Below are positions 1-8,692 of a stretch of DNA of 58,479 nucleotides, piece by piece. Position 1 is the first letter of the stretch; every line of letters starts with the position of its first letter. Origin of the DNA: an uncultured Oceanicola sp. (GTDB lineage Bacteria > Pseudomonadota > Alphaproteobacteria > Rhodobacterales > Rhodobacteraceae); contig CAYVQK010000001.1 of NCBI GenBank assembly GCA_964454145.1, positions 1 to 58,479 of the forward strand, in the 5' to 3' direction. The notes under the pieces were generated by a model, which was not told the DNA's origin, made no database searches, and worked only from the letters and a program-made list of their open reading frames with translations. The translations under genes were made by a program, and so were the position numbers.

Positions 1-603
1 GGAATGGTCGCCGCCGATCATGATGGGCAGGGAGCCGGAGGAGAAGACGTGGGACACGGCGCGGCTGATCTGGTCGAAGCTCTTCTCGATGTTCGCCGGG
101 ATGGTGAAGACATCGCCCGCGTCGCAGAGGGTCATCTGTTCGCGCAGGTCCACCCCCAGCTCGTAGTTGTAGGGCGTGTAGAGCGCCGAGATCTTGCGCA
201 CGCCCTGCGGCCCGAAGCGGGTGCCGGGGCGATAGGTGGTGCCACCGTCGAAGGGGATGCCGAGCACGGTGGCGTCGTAATAGCTCACCTCCTGAACGTC
301 CTCGACATAGGGCGCCTTCAGGAAGGTGTTGATGCCGGCGAAATGCGGCAGCTCGCCCCGCGCGAAAGTGGGGATCGACTTGTCCTCGATGCTGTCGGCG
401 CCGGTCAGGCCCATCCGCAGCGCCCAGCGGCGCTCCTCGCTCCAGCGGGCGCCGGAGATGTCGGCCTCCTTCTGCATCGCCTTCCAGCCGGCGAGCTTGG
501 TGAGGTCGGGGTGGTGGGCACGGGCCTCGCGCGCGGCGTGGCGGGCGGCGAGGTCGCGGGGGTGCCGCGAGCGGGCGCGGGCCCGGTGAAGGTCAGAGAA
601 CAT
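1..603 (-). CDS. gdmH: Ni-dependent guanidine hydrolase (arginase/ureohydrolase family), 5' part; gene runs off the left edge of the window
   Basis: Manual translation from ATG at 603 (SD GGGAG upstream) gives ...SIEDKSIPTFARGELPHFAGINTFLKAPY...GTTYRPGTRFGPQGVRKISALYTPYNYELGVDLREQ...IPANIEKSFDQIS...GGDHS. This closely matches cyanobacterial GdmH as I recall it. It is downstream of a guanidine riboswitch and is absent from the supplied ORF track. Confidence 0.88.
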   Translation of the reverse strand, partial: MFSDLHRARARSRHPRDLAARHAAREARAHHPDLTKLAGWKAMQKEADISGARWSEERRWALRMGLTGADSIEDKSIPTFARGELPHFAGINTFLKAPYVEDVQEVSYYDATVLGIPFDGGTTYRPGTRFGPQGVRKISALYTPYNYELGVDLREQMTLCDAGDVFTIPANIEKSFDQISRAVSHVFSSGSLPIMIGGDHS

Positions 604-700
604 TTCTGTCTCCCAATCGGTCGCCCTCTTTGCGGGGCGGATGCTGTCCGGGCCTTGGCTGTCCCGCGTGCGGGGCCCGGGGGCGCACGCGGGTGATCTG

Positions 701-1486
701 TCAGGCCGCGGGCTCGGGCGCCTGCGGCTGGAGCGAGGGGTAGCGGTCGAGCAGGTGCTGGAACGGCATGCCGCCGTCGCGGGCATCGAAATCGTAGGTG
801 ATGGTGGCGCCGTAGAGGCCCGGATCGTGCGGATCCCAGCGGGGCTTGTCGAAGACCAGCACCCGGTCACCCAGCTTGAAGGCCTCTTCGAGGTCGTGGG
901 AGACCATGAAGATGGTCATGTTGGTCTCGGCCCGCAGCTCCATCAGGAAGGCGTGCATCTGGACCCGCGTGCCGGGATCGAGCGCGCCGAAGGGCTCGTC
1001 GAGCAGGAGGACGCGGGGCTTGGCCGTCATCGCCTGCCCGATGGCGAGGCGCTGCTGCATGCCGCCCGAGAGCGAGGCGGGGAACTGGTTGGCGACGTGG
1101 TTGAGGCCGATGCGGGCGAGCATGGCGTCGGCCCGCTCGGCGGCGGCCTTCTTCTTCGCCCCGCCGAGGCGGCCGAAGGGGGTGGCGAAGCCCTCGCCCG
1201 CGATCAGGTTCTGCCGCACCGTGAGATGGGGGAAGACCGAGTAGCGCTGGAACACCACGCCGCGCTCGCGGTTCGGCTCGACGGCGGGCTCTCCGCCTTC
1301 GACGCGGATGGTGCCGCGGGTGGGCCGCTCCTCGGCCAGGAGCATCCGCAGAAAGGTGGACTTGCCGCAGCCCGAGGCGCCGACGATCGAGATGAACTCG
1401 CCCTCGGCGACCTCCACATTGACCCTCTCGAGGATCGACCGGCCGCCGTAGCTTTGCCAGACATCGGTGACGGAGACGAAGCTCAT
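701..1486 (-). CDS. ABC transporter ATPase (guanidine/urea-carboxylase-associated type)
   Basis: Walker A GASGCGKS, LSGGMQQR signature, LLLDEPF; ATG at 1486 overlaps the permease stop (ATGA). Confidence 0.93.
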   Translation of the reverse strand: MSFVSVTDVWQSYGGRSILERVNVEVAEGEFISIVGASGCGKSTFLRMLLAEERPTRGTIRVEGGEPAVEPNRERGVVFQRYSVFPHLTVRQNLIAGEGFATPFGRLGGAKKKAAAERADAMLARIGLNHVANQFPASLSGGMQQRLAIGQAMTAKPRVLLLDEPFGALDPGTRVQMHAFLMELRAETNMTIFMVSHDLEEAFKLGDRVLVFDKPRWDPHDPGLYGATITYDFDARDGGMPFQHLLDRYPSLQPQAPEPAA

Positions 1487-2295
1487 AGCCCGGCCTCCAT
1501 CCAGGGGAAGGCCTTGCGCGACAGGGTTTTCAGCGCCCAGTCGATCAGGAAGGCCAGCAGGGTGATCCAGATGACGTAGGTCAGGATCACGTCCATCGCG
1601 AGGTAGCGGCGGACGAGGAAGATGCGGTAGCCGAGGCCCACGTCGGAGGCCACCGCCTCGGCGGCGATGAGGAAGAGCCATGCCGAGCCGAGCGAGAGGC
1701 GGATATTGGAAATGAGGCGCGGCAGCACCTGGGGCAGGGCGACGCGCAGGGCGATGACGAGTGAGGAGGCGCCGAGGGTCTGCGCCTTCACGATTTGCTC
1801 GTGGGGGATGTCGAGCACGCGCTGGGCGAGGTCGCGGGTCATGAAGGGGGTGATGCCGATGACGATGAGCACCACCTTCGACACCTCGCCGAGCCCGAAG
1901 ACGATGAAGAGGATCGGTAGCAGGGCGAGCGGCGGAACCATCGAGAGCACCGCGACGAAGCCCGACAGGAACGAGCGCGCGTAGGGCAGGAGCCCGATCA
2001 CCATGCCGAGCACCAGCGAGAGCGCGGCGGCGATGCCGACGCCGCCGGCGAGGCGGGCCAGCGAGGCGCCGGTGTCGTGCCAGAGCAGGATCCGGCCCGA
2101 GCGCCTGTCGCCTTCCGTGAAGAGCCGCACCGCCGAGTCGACGATGGTGCCGGGCGCAGGCAGCAGCTTGTCCGACGGGTTGGCGGTGAGCCGGATGTCG
2201 GAGGCGATCCAATAGGCGGCCAGCAGCAGCACGAAGGGCAGGGCGGCGAGGAACACCTTGGCCGGGCGGCCGGGAATATGGTTGATCAGGCGCAT
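1483..2295 (-). CDS. ABC transporter permease (NitT/TauC-like)
   Basis: Multiple transmembrane segments, EAA-like loop KAQTLGAS, located between the ATPase and SBP genes. Confidence 0.93.
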   Translation of the reverse strand: MRLINHIPGRPAKVFLAALPFVLLLAAYWIASDIRLTANPSDKLLPAPGTIVDSAVRLFTEGDRRSGRILLWHDTGASLARLAGGVGIAAALSLVLGMVIGLLPYARSFLSGFVAVLSMVPPLALLPILFIVFGLGEVSKVVLIVIGITPFMTRDLAQRVLDIPHEQIVKAQTLGASSLVIALRVALPQVLPRLISNIRLSLGSAWLFLIAAEAVASDVGLGYRIFLVRRYLAMDVILTYVIWITLLAFLIDWALKTLSRKAFPWMEAGL

Positions 2296-2341
2296 GGGCT
2301 GGGGTCCGGCCCGCCCGGTGAGGGGCGGGCCCTGGGGTGAA

Positions 2342-3409
2342 TCAGAGCGCGCCGTCGGCGGCCATCTGCATGTAGGTGGTGTCGAAGCGGAACTTCACAT
2401 TGTTCTCGTCTCCGGTCACCGACCCGTCGGGATAGGCCACACCGACGAAATCCGCCGAGGGGGCGCCTTCGCCGAGGATGCCCTTGTCGAAGAGGAACTC
2501 GGCCACCTCGGTCATCGTGGTGGCAAGCTCGGGCGCGCTGGCCTGGGCCACGGCGTCGGCGGGGGCGTAGAACATCTCGGTTGCGGCGAGCTGGGCCTTG
2601 TAGCCTTCCAGATCGGTGCCCGAGGCCTCGGCCATGGCAGTGAGCGCGGCTTCGTCGCCGGCGGCCATGAGGCCCATCACTTCGTACCAGGCGCCCGCCA
2701 CGGCCTTGCCGAAGTTCGGGTTGTCGGCCAGCGTCTCGGTGTTCACCACCATGAGGTCGAGGATCTCGCCGGGGATCATCGAGCTGTCGAAGACGTTTGT
2801 GGCGTCGGGGTTGGAGCCGAGGATCTCGGAGACCAGCGGGTTCCAGGTGACGACGGCCTGCACGTCGTCGGTGGCGTAGGCGGCGATCATGTCGGCATCG
2901 GAGGTGTTGATGACGCTGGCGAGGTCGGCCTCAGACAGGCCGACCGAGTCGAGCCCGCGGGCGAGGAGGTAGTGGGAGACCGAGAGTTCGACGAGGTTGA
3001 CCGGCTGGCCTGCGAGGTCGGCGAGCGTGCCTTCGCCCTTCAGGATCACCGCGTCGTTGCCGTTGGAATAGTCGCCCACGATCAGCGCCGTGGTGTCAAC
3101 ACCGCCGCCGGCCGGGATCGAGAGGGTGTCCATGTTGGTGGCGGAGACGCCGTCGAACTCGCCCGCGGTGTACTGGTTGATCGACTCGACGTAGTCGTTG
3201 ATCTGCACGATCTCGACGGTGATCCCGTATTTCTCGGCCCATTTGTCCATGATGCCGCTCTCGGAGAGATAGCCCCAGGGCATCCAGCCGACGTAGATCG
3301 ACCAGGCGAGTTTGAAATCGGTTTTCTCTTCGGCGGCGGCCGGCCCCAGGGAGGCGGCGAAGACGCCCAGCGAGAGTGCCGAGGCGGCAAGAAGCTTGGA
3401 TTTGGTCAT
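2342..3409 (-). CDS. ABC substrate-binding protein, putative guanidine-binding (urea-carboxylase-region SBP family)
   Basis: Signal peptide; WSIYVGWMPW and NDYVESINQY motifs typical of this family; first gene after the riboswitch. Confidence 0.88.
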   Translation of the reverse strand: MTKSKLLAASALSLGVFAASLGPAAAEEKTDFKLAWSIYVGWMPWGYLSESGIMDKWAEKYGITVEIVQINDYVESINQYTAGEFDGVSATNMDTLSIPAGGGVDTTALIVGDYSNGNDAVILKGEGTLADLAGQPVNLVELSVSHYLLARGLDSVGLSEADLASVINTSDADMIAAYATDDVQAVVTWNPLVSEILGSNPDATNVFDSSMIPGEILDLMVVNTETLADNPNFGKAVAGAWYEVMGLMAAGDEAALTAMAEASGTDLEGYKAQLAATEMFYAPADAVAQASAPELATTMTEVAEFLFDKGILGEGAPSADFVGVAYPDGSVTGDENNVKFRFDTTYMQMAADGAL

Positions 3410-3448
3410 GACGTTCCCCGTTCAGACGTCCCGCCGCGATCATTCGGA

Positions 3449-3495
3449 GGTTTTGCCCGGCTGGCGGAACTACGACAAAGGGCGCGGGCAAAACC
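3449..3495 (-). promoter_or_regulatory. Inverted repeat in the riboswitch expression platform
   Basis: GGTTTTGCCCG ... CGGGCAAAACC, an 11-bp perfect stem between the aptamer and the SBP start codon. Confidence 0.55.
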
Positions 3496-3506
3496 TGCGC
3501 AGTATG

Positions 3507-3610
3507 TCTCCCGGGATTTTGCCCCGCCGTGTGCCCGCAGCGGAATTTGCCGCACGGGTGCCGTTTCTCGGACCAGACCCCGCTTGATGCGGGCGGAACC
3601 CTAAACGGCC
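3507..3610 (-). ncRNA. Guanidine-I (ykkC-yxkD) riboswitch aptamer
   Basis: Minus strand reads GCCGTT-TAGGGTTCCG-[hairpin]-CTGGTCCGAG-AAACGGC-[P2]-ACACGGCGGGGCAAAATCCCGGGAG. The hallmark ykkC conserved blocks and P1 pairing are present, and it lies upstream of guanidine genes. Confidence 0.93.
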
Positions 3611-3687
3611 TGCCCTGCCAGTTGGACTGATGGGTGGGGGTGGCGGCAAGCCGGCTGCGTGCCGGGGAGCGGGCTGATGACCGCCGA

Positions 3688-3735
3688 TGCCCGATTCCTG
3701 TGCGAATGCGCGCGAGGTTGCTGCTTGTGTGGGCG
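3688..3735. promoter_or_regulatory. Tandem NtrC-like boxes upstream of the guanidine operon
   Basis: TGCCC-N7-GTGCG (3688-3704) and TGCTG-N7-GGGCG (3719-3735), 31 bp apart. Confidence 0.5.
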
Positions 3736-3969
3736 TTAACACGGTGGGCGCAAGTCGGGCCGTCGCTGCCGGCGCGTCAAGCCAGCCCGGCACCCCCGGA
3801 AGTTTTTCCTCTCCGCTGCCAAGGAATATTCTACTTTTCTCCTGCGCCCCTGCACCGCAGGCTTCGGGGAGAAGCTTTTTGCGGTTGGTTCCGCCGGTGG
3901 CCGCCAGGCCGTCGCGGTGGCGCCGATCACGCCTGAGGCCGCTGATGGGGCCCCGTTCGAGGATGTGAG

Positions 3970-5259
3970 ATGACAGTGGAAACGACCGATACGCTCATCG
4001 TCGGGGGCGGCCAGTCGGGGATCGCGATGAGCGAGCACCTGAGCGATCTCGGCATTCCGCACATCGTGCTGGAGCGCAACCGCGTGGCCGAGCGCTGGCG
4101 GTCTGAGCGGTGGGATTCGCTGGTGGCGAATGGCCCGGCCTGGCATGACCGCTTTCCGAACATGGAGTTCGACGACGTGCCCCCGGACAGCTTTCCCGAG
4201 AAGGAGCGCATGGCGCGGTATTTCGAGGACTATGCCGCGATGATCCGGGCGCCGATCCGCACCGGCGTGGAGGTGAAACACGTGCGCCGCTGCGAAGGCA
4301 GGCCGGGCTTTCGGGTGGAAACCTCCGACGGCGTGATCGAGGCGCAGCGCGTGGTGGCCGCGACCGGCCCGTTCCAGGCGCCTGCGGTGCCGCAGATCGT
4401 GCCGGAGAGCGCGGGGCTCATGCAGCTCCATTCCTCCGCCTACAAGAACCCTGGCCAGCTCCCAGAGGGGGCGGTGCTGGTGGTGGGCGGCGGCGCCTCG
4501 GGCTCGCAGATCGCCGAGGAGCTGCACCGCGCGGGGCGGAAGGTGTATCTCTCTATCGGCGAGCATTACCGGCCCCCGCGCAGCTACCGCGCCCGGGACT
4601 ACTGCTGGTGGCTCGGCGTGCTGGGCAAGTGGGACGAAATCAGCATAGAGGCCAAGAAGAAGCACGTGGCCTTCGCCGTCAGCGGCTACGACGGCGGCAA
4701 GACGATCGACTTCCGCCGGCTGGGCAACATGGGGCTGACCGTGCTCGGGCTGACGCAGGGCTACGAGGGTGGCGTGCTGCGGTTTGCCGACGATCTGGTG
4801 AAGAACCTCGCGGAGGGGGACCGGGCCTATCTCGAGGTGCTGCGCGAGGCGGATGACTACGTGGCGCGCAACGGCATCGACCTGCCGGAGGAGCCTGAAG
4901 CCTGGGAAGTCCAGCCCGATCCGGTGTGTGTGACCGAGCCGGTGCTGGAGCTCGACGTGGCGGAGGCCGGGATCACCTCGATCGTCTGGGCCACCGGCTT
5001 CAGGTTCGACTTTTCCTGGCTCGACGTGCCCGGCGCCTTCCGCGACGGGATGCCCTTCCACAAGCGCGGGATCTCGGCGCAGCCGGGGATCTACTTTCTC
5101 GGCCTGCCGGATCTGACCAACCGGGCCTCTTCGTTCATTTACGGCTGCTGGTACGATGCCAAGTATCTCGCCACCCACGTGATGGTGCAGCGCAACTATG
5201 CCGCCTACGAAAGGGACATGCCCGTGCCCGGCGCGGGCGCCGTGCGGCAGGTGGGCTGA
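3970..5259 (+). CDS. Flavin-containing monooxygenase-like FAD/NAD(P)H oxidoreductase
   Basis: Two Rossmann motifs (VGGGQSG, VGGGASG), FMO-like LHSSAYK motif, WATG. Confidence 0.88.
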   Translation: MTVETTDTLIVGGGQSGIAMSEHLSDLGIPHIVLERNRVAERWRSERWDSLVANGPAWHDRFPNMEFDDVPPDSFPEKERMARYFEDYAAMIRAPIRTGVEVKHVRRCEGRPGFRVETSDGVIEAQRVVAATGPFQAPAVPQIVPESAGLMQLHSSAYKNPGQLPEGAVLVVGGGASGSQIAEELHRAGRKVYLSIGEHYRPPRSYRARDYCWWLGVLGKWDEISIEAKKKHVAFAVSGYDGGKTIDFRRLGNMGLTVLGLTQGYEGGVLRFADDLVKNLAEGDRAYLEVLREADDYVARNGIDLPEEPEAWEVQPDPVCVTEPVLELDVAEAGITSIVWATGFRFDFSWLDVPGAFRDGMPFHKRGISAQPGIYFLGLPDLTNRASSFIYGCWYDAKYLATHVMVQRNYAAYERDMPVPGAGAVRQVG

Positions 5260-5378
5260 AGACCGGCCCACGCCAGGCGGCGTCTTCAATCGCGCCGGGC
5301 AAGCCCTGCCAGGGGGGCATTACGCTTTTCTCCCGCCCGCGCTAGGCTTGCCCCGCTTCCCGCCCCGAGAGGACAGAC

Positions 5379-6305
5379 ATGCCCCTGCGATTCACCCTGC
5401 GACAGCTCGAGTATTTCGTGGCCGTGGGGGAGGCGGGCAGCATCTCGCTGGCCTCGGAGAAGGTGAACGTCTCCGCCCCGTCGATGTCGTCGGCCATCGC
5501 CCAGCTCGAGGCGGGCTTCGGGGTGCAGCTCTTCACCCGCCGGCATGCGCAGGGCTCGGTGCTGACCGAGCCGGGGCAGGCCTTCATGCAGCAAGCGCTG
5601 AAGATCCTCGCCGAGGCCGACAAGCTGAACGACCTGGCCCAGATCGTCTCGGATACCGTGCGCGGCGCGCTCCGGGTGGGGTGCCTGCGCACCTTCGCGC
5701 AGATCCTCATGCCCCAGCTCCGGCGCCAGTTCGAGGACAAGCATGCCGATGTGGATTTCAGCCAGCTCGAGATGGACCAGGCCGAGATCTTCGAGGGGCT
5801 GAGGAGCGCCCGGATCGACATCGCGCTGACCTACGACCTGGCGCTGGTGAGCGACATCGCCTTCGAGCCGCTGGTGAAGCTGCCGCCTTACGTGATGCTG
5901 CCGCCCGAGCATCCGCTGGCCGCGCGCAGCACGGTGACGATGGCCGATCTTGTCGAGCACCCGATGGTGCTGCTCGATCTGCCGCACAGCTCCGACTACT
6001 TCCTGTCGCTCTTCCGCAGCCTCGGCCGCCGGCCGCAGGTGATCGAGCGGACTCGCGAGATCGCGGTGCAGCGCAGCATGGTGGCGAACGGCTTCGGCTT
6101 CGGGCTTGCCAACATGCGGACCGTCTCGGACACCGCGCCGGACGGCAAGCCGCTGATCTTTCTGCCGCTTTCGGACAACCCCGAGCCGCTGAACCTCGGC
6201 ATCGCCATTGCCCGCGCCGCGCATGTCCCGCGGCGGGTGCAGGCCTTTATCGACCATTGCCACGACCTCGTGGATGCCCGTCGTCTGCCGGGCGTCGTGG
6301 TCTGA
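5379..6305 (+). CDS. LysR-family transcriptional regulator
   Basis: N-terminal TLRQLEYFVAV...GSISLAS HTH and LysR substrate-binding domain; SD GAGGA. Confidence 0.95.
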   Translation: MPLRFTLRQLEYFVAVGEAGSISLASEKVNVSAPSMSSAIAQLEAGFGVQLFTRRHAQGSVLTEPGQAFMQQALKILAEADKLNDLAQIVSDTVRGALRVGCLRTFAQILMPQLRRQFEDKHADVDFSQLEMDQAEIFEGLRSARIDIALTYDLALVSDIAFEPLVKLPPYVMLPPEHPLAARSTVTMADLVEHPMVLLDLPHSSDYFLSLFRSLGRRPQVIERTREIAVQRSMVANGFGFGLANMRTVSDTAPDGKPLIFLPLSDNPEPLNLGIAIARAAHVPRRVQAFIDHCHDLVDARRLPGVVV

Positions 6306-6410
6306 GCTGCTTGCCCGAGGCACGGGAAACCCTGCCTTTCCCACACTCGTGCGCCTTGTTAGCATGCACCATCCGGGCCCGGGCCTGGGGGGTCGCAGAG
6401 GCAAGGTGAC

Positions 6411-7313
6411 ATGATCAAGCCCGCCCGCACGAGCGCGTTGTTGCTCTTCCTCGCTCCGCTGCCCGGCACGGCGGAGGACTGGGCGCAGGTTTCCGCCATC
6501 TTGAGCGATCGCTGCACCATGTGCCACATCGGCCCGCATGCCCCGCTGGGTCTGCAACTCGACAGCCACGAAGGCGTCATGACAGGCTCGGAGAACGGCC
6601 CCGTGGTGTTGCCGGGCGCGGTGGAGACGAGCCCGCTCTATCACCGCATCATCGGACAGGCGCAGCCGCAGATGCCGCTCGACGGGCCTCCGTTTCTGGA
6701 GGAGGCGCAGATCGCCACCATCACCGGCTGGATCGCGGCGGGGGCGCCCGGCCCGGACACGCCCGAACCGGATATGCCTGCCGCGCCGCCGCCGGACCCG
6801 CGCGAAGACGGCAAGCTGCTCTATAGCGAAGTCTCGCGGATCTTCGGGCAGGCCTGCATCAAGTGCCATTCCGACAATGGCCGGTTCGAGAGCCCGCCCG
6901 AGGGCCTGCGGCTGAACAGCTATGAGGCGATTCTTGCCGGGGGCGACAGGGTCGTTCTGATCCCCGGCAATGCGCAGGCCTCCGAGATCGTCAGGCGGAT
7001 CGAGGGCCTTGCCAGCCCGAGGATGCCCTTTGACGGTCCGCCCTGGCTCGACGAGGAAGATATCGCGCTGATCCGCGACTGGATCGATGGTGGCGCCCTC
7101 TCGGACGAGGGCACGCCGGCGCCCGTACCTGTGGGAGGCCGCGTGCGCCTGAGGGGCACGATGACCGGCCCGTCCGAGATCGACGGGGCGGCCTTCACCG
7201 TCACCGGCGAGACCCGCATGGACGACCGTCCTGCACTGGGAGGCCGGGCGGAGCTGCGGGCCCGGATCGCGGTCGATGGCAGCCTGGTCGCCGAGCGGCT
7301 TCGCGACAGGTAG
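6411..7313 (+). CDS. Exported dihaem c-type cytochrome (two planctomycete-cytochrome-c-like domains plus C-terminal beta domain)
   Basis: Signal peptide, CTMCH and CIKCH, duplicated distal Met motif (QMPLDGPP / RMPFDGPP). Confidence 0.82.
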   Translation: MIKPARTSALLLFLAPLPGTAEDWAQVSAILSDRCTMCHIGPHAPLGLQLDSHEGVMTGSENGPVVLPGAVETSPLYHRIIGQAQPQMPLDGPPFLEEAQIATITGWIAAGAPGPDTPEPDMPAAPPPDPREDGKLLYSEVSRIFGQACIKCHSDNGRFESPPEGLRLNSYEAILAGGDRVVLIPGNAQASEIVRRIEGLASPRMPFDGPPWLDEEDIALIRDWIDGGALSDEGTPAPVPVGGRVRLRGTMTGPSEIDGAAFTVTGETRMDDRPALGGRAELRARIAVDGSLVAERLRDR

Positions 7314-7348
7314 GGGCGCCAGACGACGGGTCTTGACGCGTTGAGGGG

Positions 7349-8692
7349 TCAGACGAAGCTGGCCGCGACACGGCCGATTCCGGCGATCTCTCCGCGTAAC
7401 TCGGTGCCGGCGGGGTACCAGACAAGGGGGTGCAACGCGCCGGTGAGGATGATCTGCCCGGGTTCCGGTGGGCCGTAGTGGCGCAGCAGCAAGGGCAAGG
7501 CCTTGCGGATGGATTGCAGCGCCGAGCCACCCTGCACTGGTGCGGAACCCGCCAGCACGGTGTCTGTGCCGCAGGTCAGCCGAGCCTCGGCGCAGGTGAT
7601 ATCGGCCCCGTCCCAGGCGGAGGCGACCTCGCCGACCACCATGCCCCAGTTGATCTGTGCGTCGGCCAGCTTGGCGAGCGGGTCGTCCGCGGCCGCGCCG
7701 CTCAGCCGGGTGTCCACCAGTTCCAGCGCGGCGACGGGCTGCAGGTAGCGGGCAATCTCGGCCTCCGGGGCGCTGGCGAGCCCGGGGCGCAGAACGCGGA
7801 AGCCGATTTCCAGCTCGACGCCAATCGTTGCGGACACCTGAAGCGATGCGCCGGACGGCAGGCAGCGGTCTGCGCGGATCGGCGCGATGATGCGCGGAGC
7901 GGTGCCCTGTCGGCCGGTCTTGAACCCTCCGACGGGCCCGAAGGCCGCGCTGACGCGCCGCTGGATCGCGTAGGCTTCGGGGTGGGTCCGGGGAGCCATG
8001 TCGCCAATGTCGATCCGTGTGCCTGCGCGATGCGCTGCGATCAGCCGGTCGGCCAGGGGCGCCGTGCGCGCTTCGGCCAGCAGGTCAACCATCCGGCGGG
8101 CCGCGGCACGCAGCGGGTGGATCAGCGGGACCGGCGCCAGCGCCCCGAGCCGGTCTGCCGCATCGCCCAGGGGGCCGCCGCCGATGATGACGGACCGCGC
8201 GCCCGCTGTCGCGGCCTGCTCCACCGCGCGCAGCAGGGCGGCATCCAGCGCGGCGACATCGCCCAGCAGCGCCTCCGGATCGCCCTCCGTGATGAAGCTG
8301 CCGAGGTAGCCCGGCCCTCCCTCCGCCATCAGCGTGTCGATGGCATCGCGGAGTGCCGGTGTTGTCGTGGCCACGGCAAAGGGCTCGGCCGTGGCGCGGG
8401 CCTCGAGCGCGGCGGACTGGCCGATGCCGACGACCGGCACGGCGAGGCGGCCGGCCAGCGCGGCCCGGCCCGGATCCCCGAAGGCGGCCACGATCACGCC
8501 CTGCACCGCGGCGTCGGGGGTGATCTGCGCCACCCGCTCCGCCGAGGCCGCGAGCGCCTCCGGCGTCGTCAGCATGGCAGGGAGCCCCTCCATCGTCGCG
8601 CCCTCGACCTGCGGAAGGATCTCCGCCGCCGCCCGGACCATCGCGCGGGTCACGGCCTCCGAGCCGTTGGGATTGACGACAAGGACGGTCAC
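7349..8692 (-). CDS. Fusion of an Asp/Glu/hydantoin-racemase-like domain and an FAH-superfamily (2-keto-4-pentenoate hydratase-like) domain
   Basis: GTG at 8692 overlaps the upstream stop. N-terminal LVVNPNGS..AAFGDPG..GGGPL; C-terminal GFKTG..GVELE..LELVDTR..ILTG; no internal stop. Confidence 0.78.
   Translation of the reverse strand: MTVLVVNPNGSEAVTRAMVRAAAEILPQVEGATMEGLPAMLTTPEALAASAERVAQITPDAAVQGVIVAAFGDPGRAALAGRLAVPVVGIGQSAALEARATAEPFAVATTTPALRDAIDTLMAEGGPGYLGSFITEGDPEALLGDVAALDAALLRAVEQAATAGARSVIIGGGPLGDAADRLGALAPVPLIHPLRAAARRMVDLLAEARTAPLADRLIAAHRAGTRIDIGDMAPRTHPEAYAIQRRVSAAFGPVGGFKTGRQGTAPRIIAPIRADRCLPSGASLQVSATIGVELEIGFRVLRPGLASAPEAEIARYLQPVAALELVDTRLSGAAADDPLAKLADAQINWGMVVGEVASAWDGADITCAEARLTCGTDTVLAGSAPVQGGSALQSIRKALPLLLRHYGPPEPGQIILTGALHPLVWYPAGTELRGEIAGIGRVAASFV

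Noticed and set aside
604-700. Second guanidine riboswitch (class II/III) before gdmH
   Set aside because: Hairpins are present (663-693), but there are no twin ACGR loops or class III consensus. It is more likely an mRNA-stability structure.
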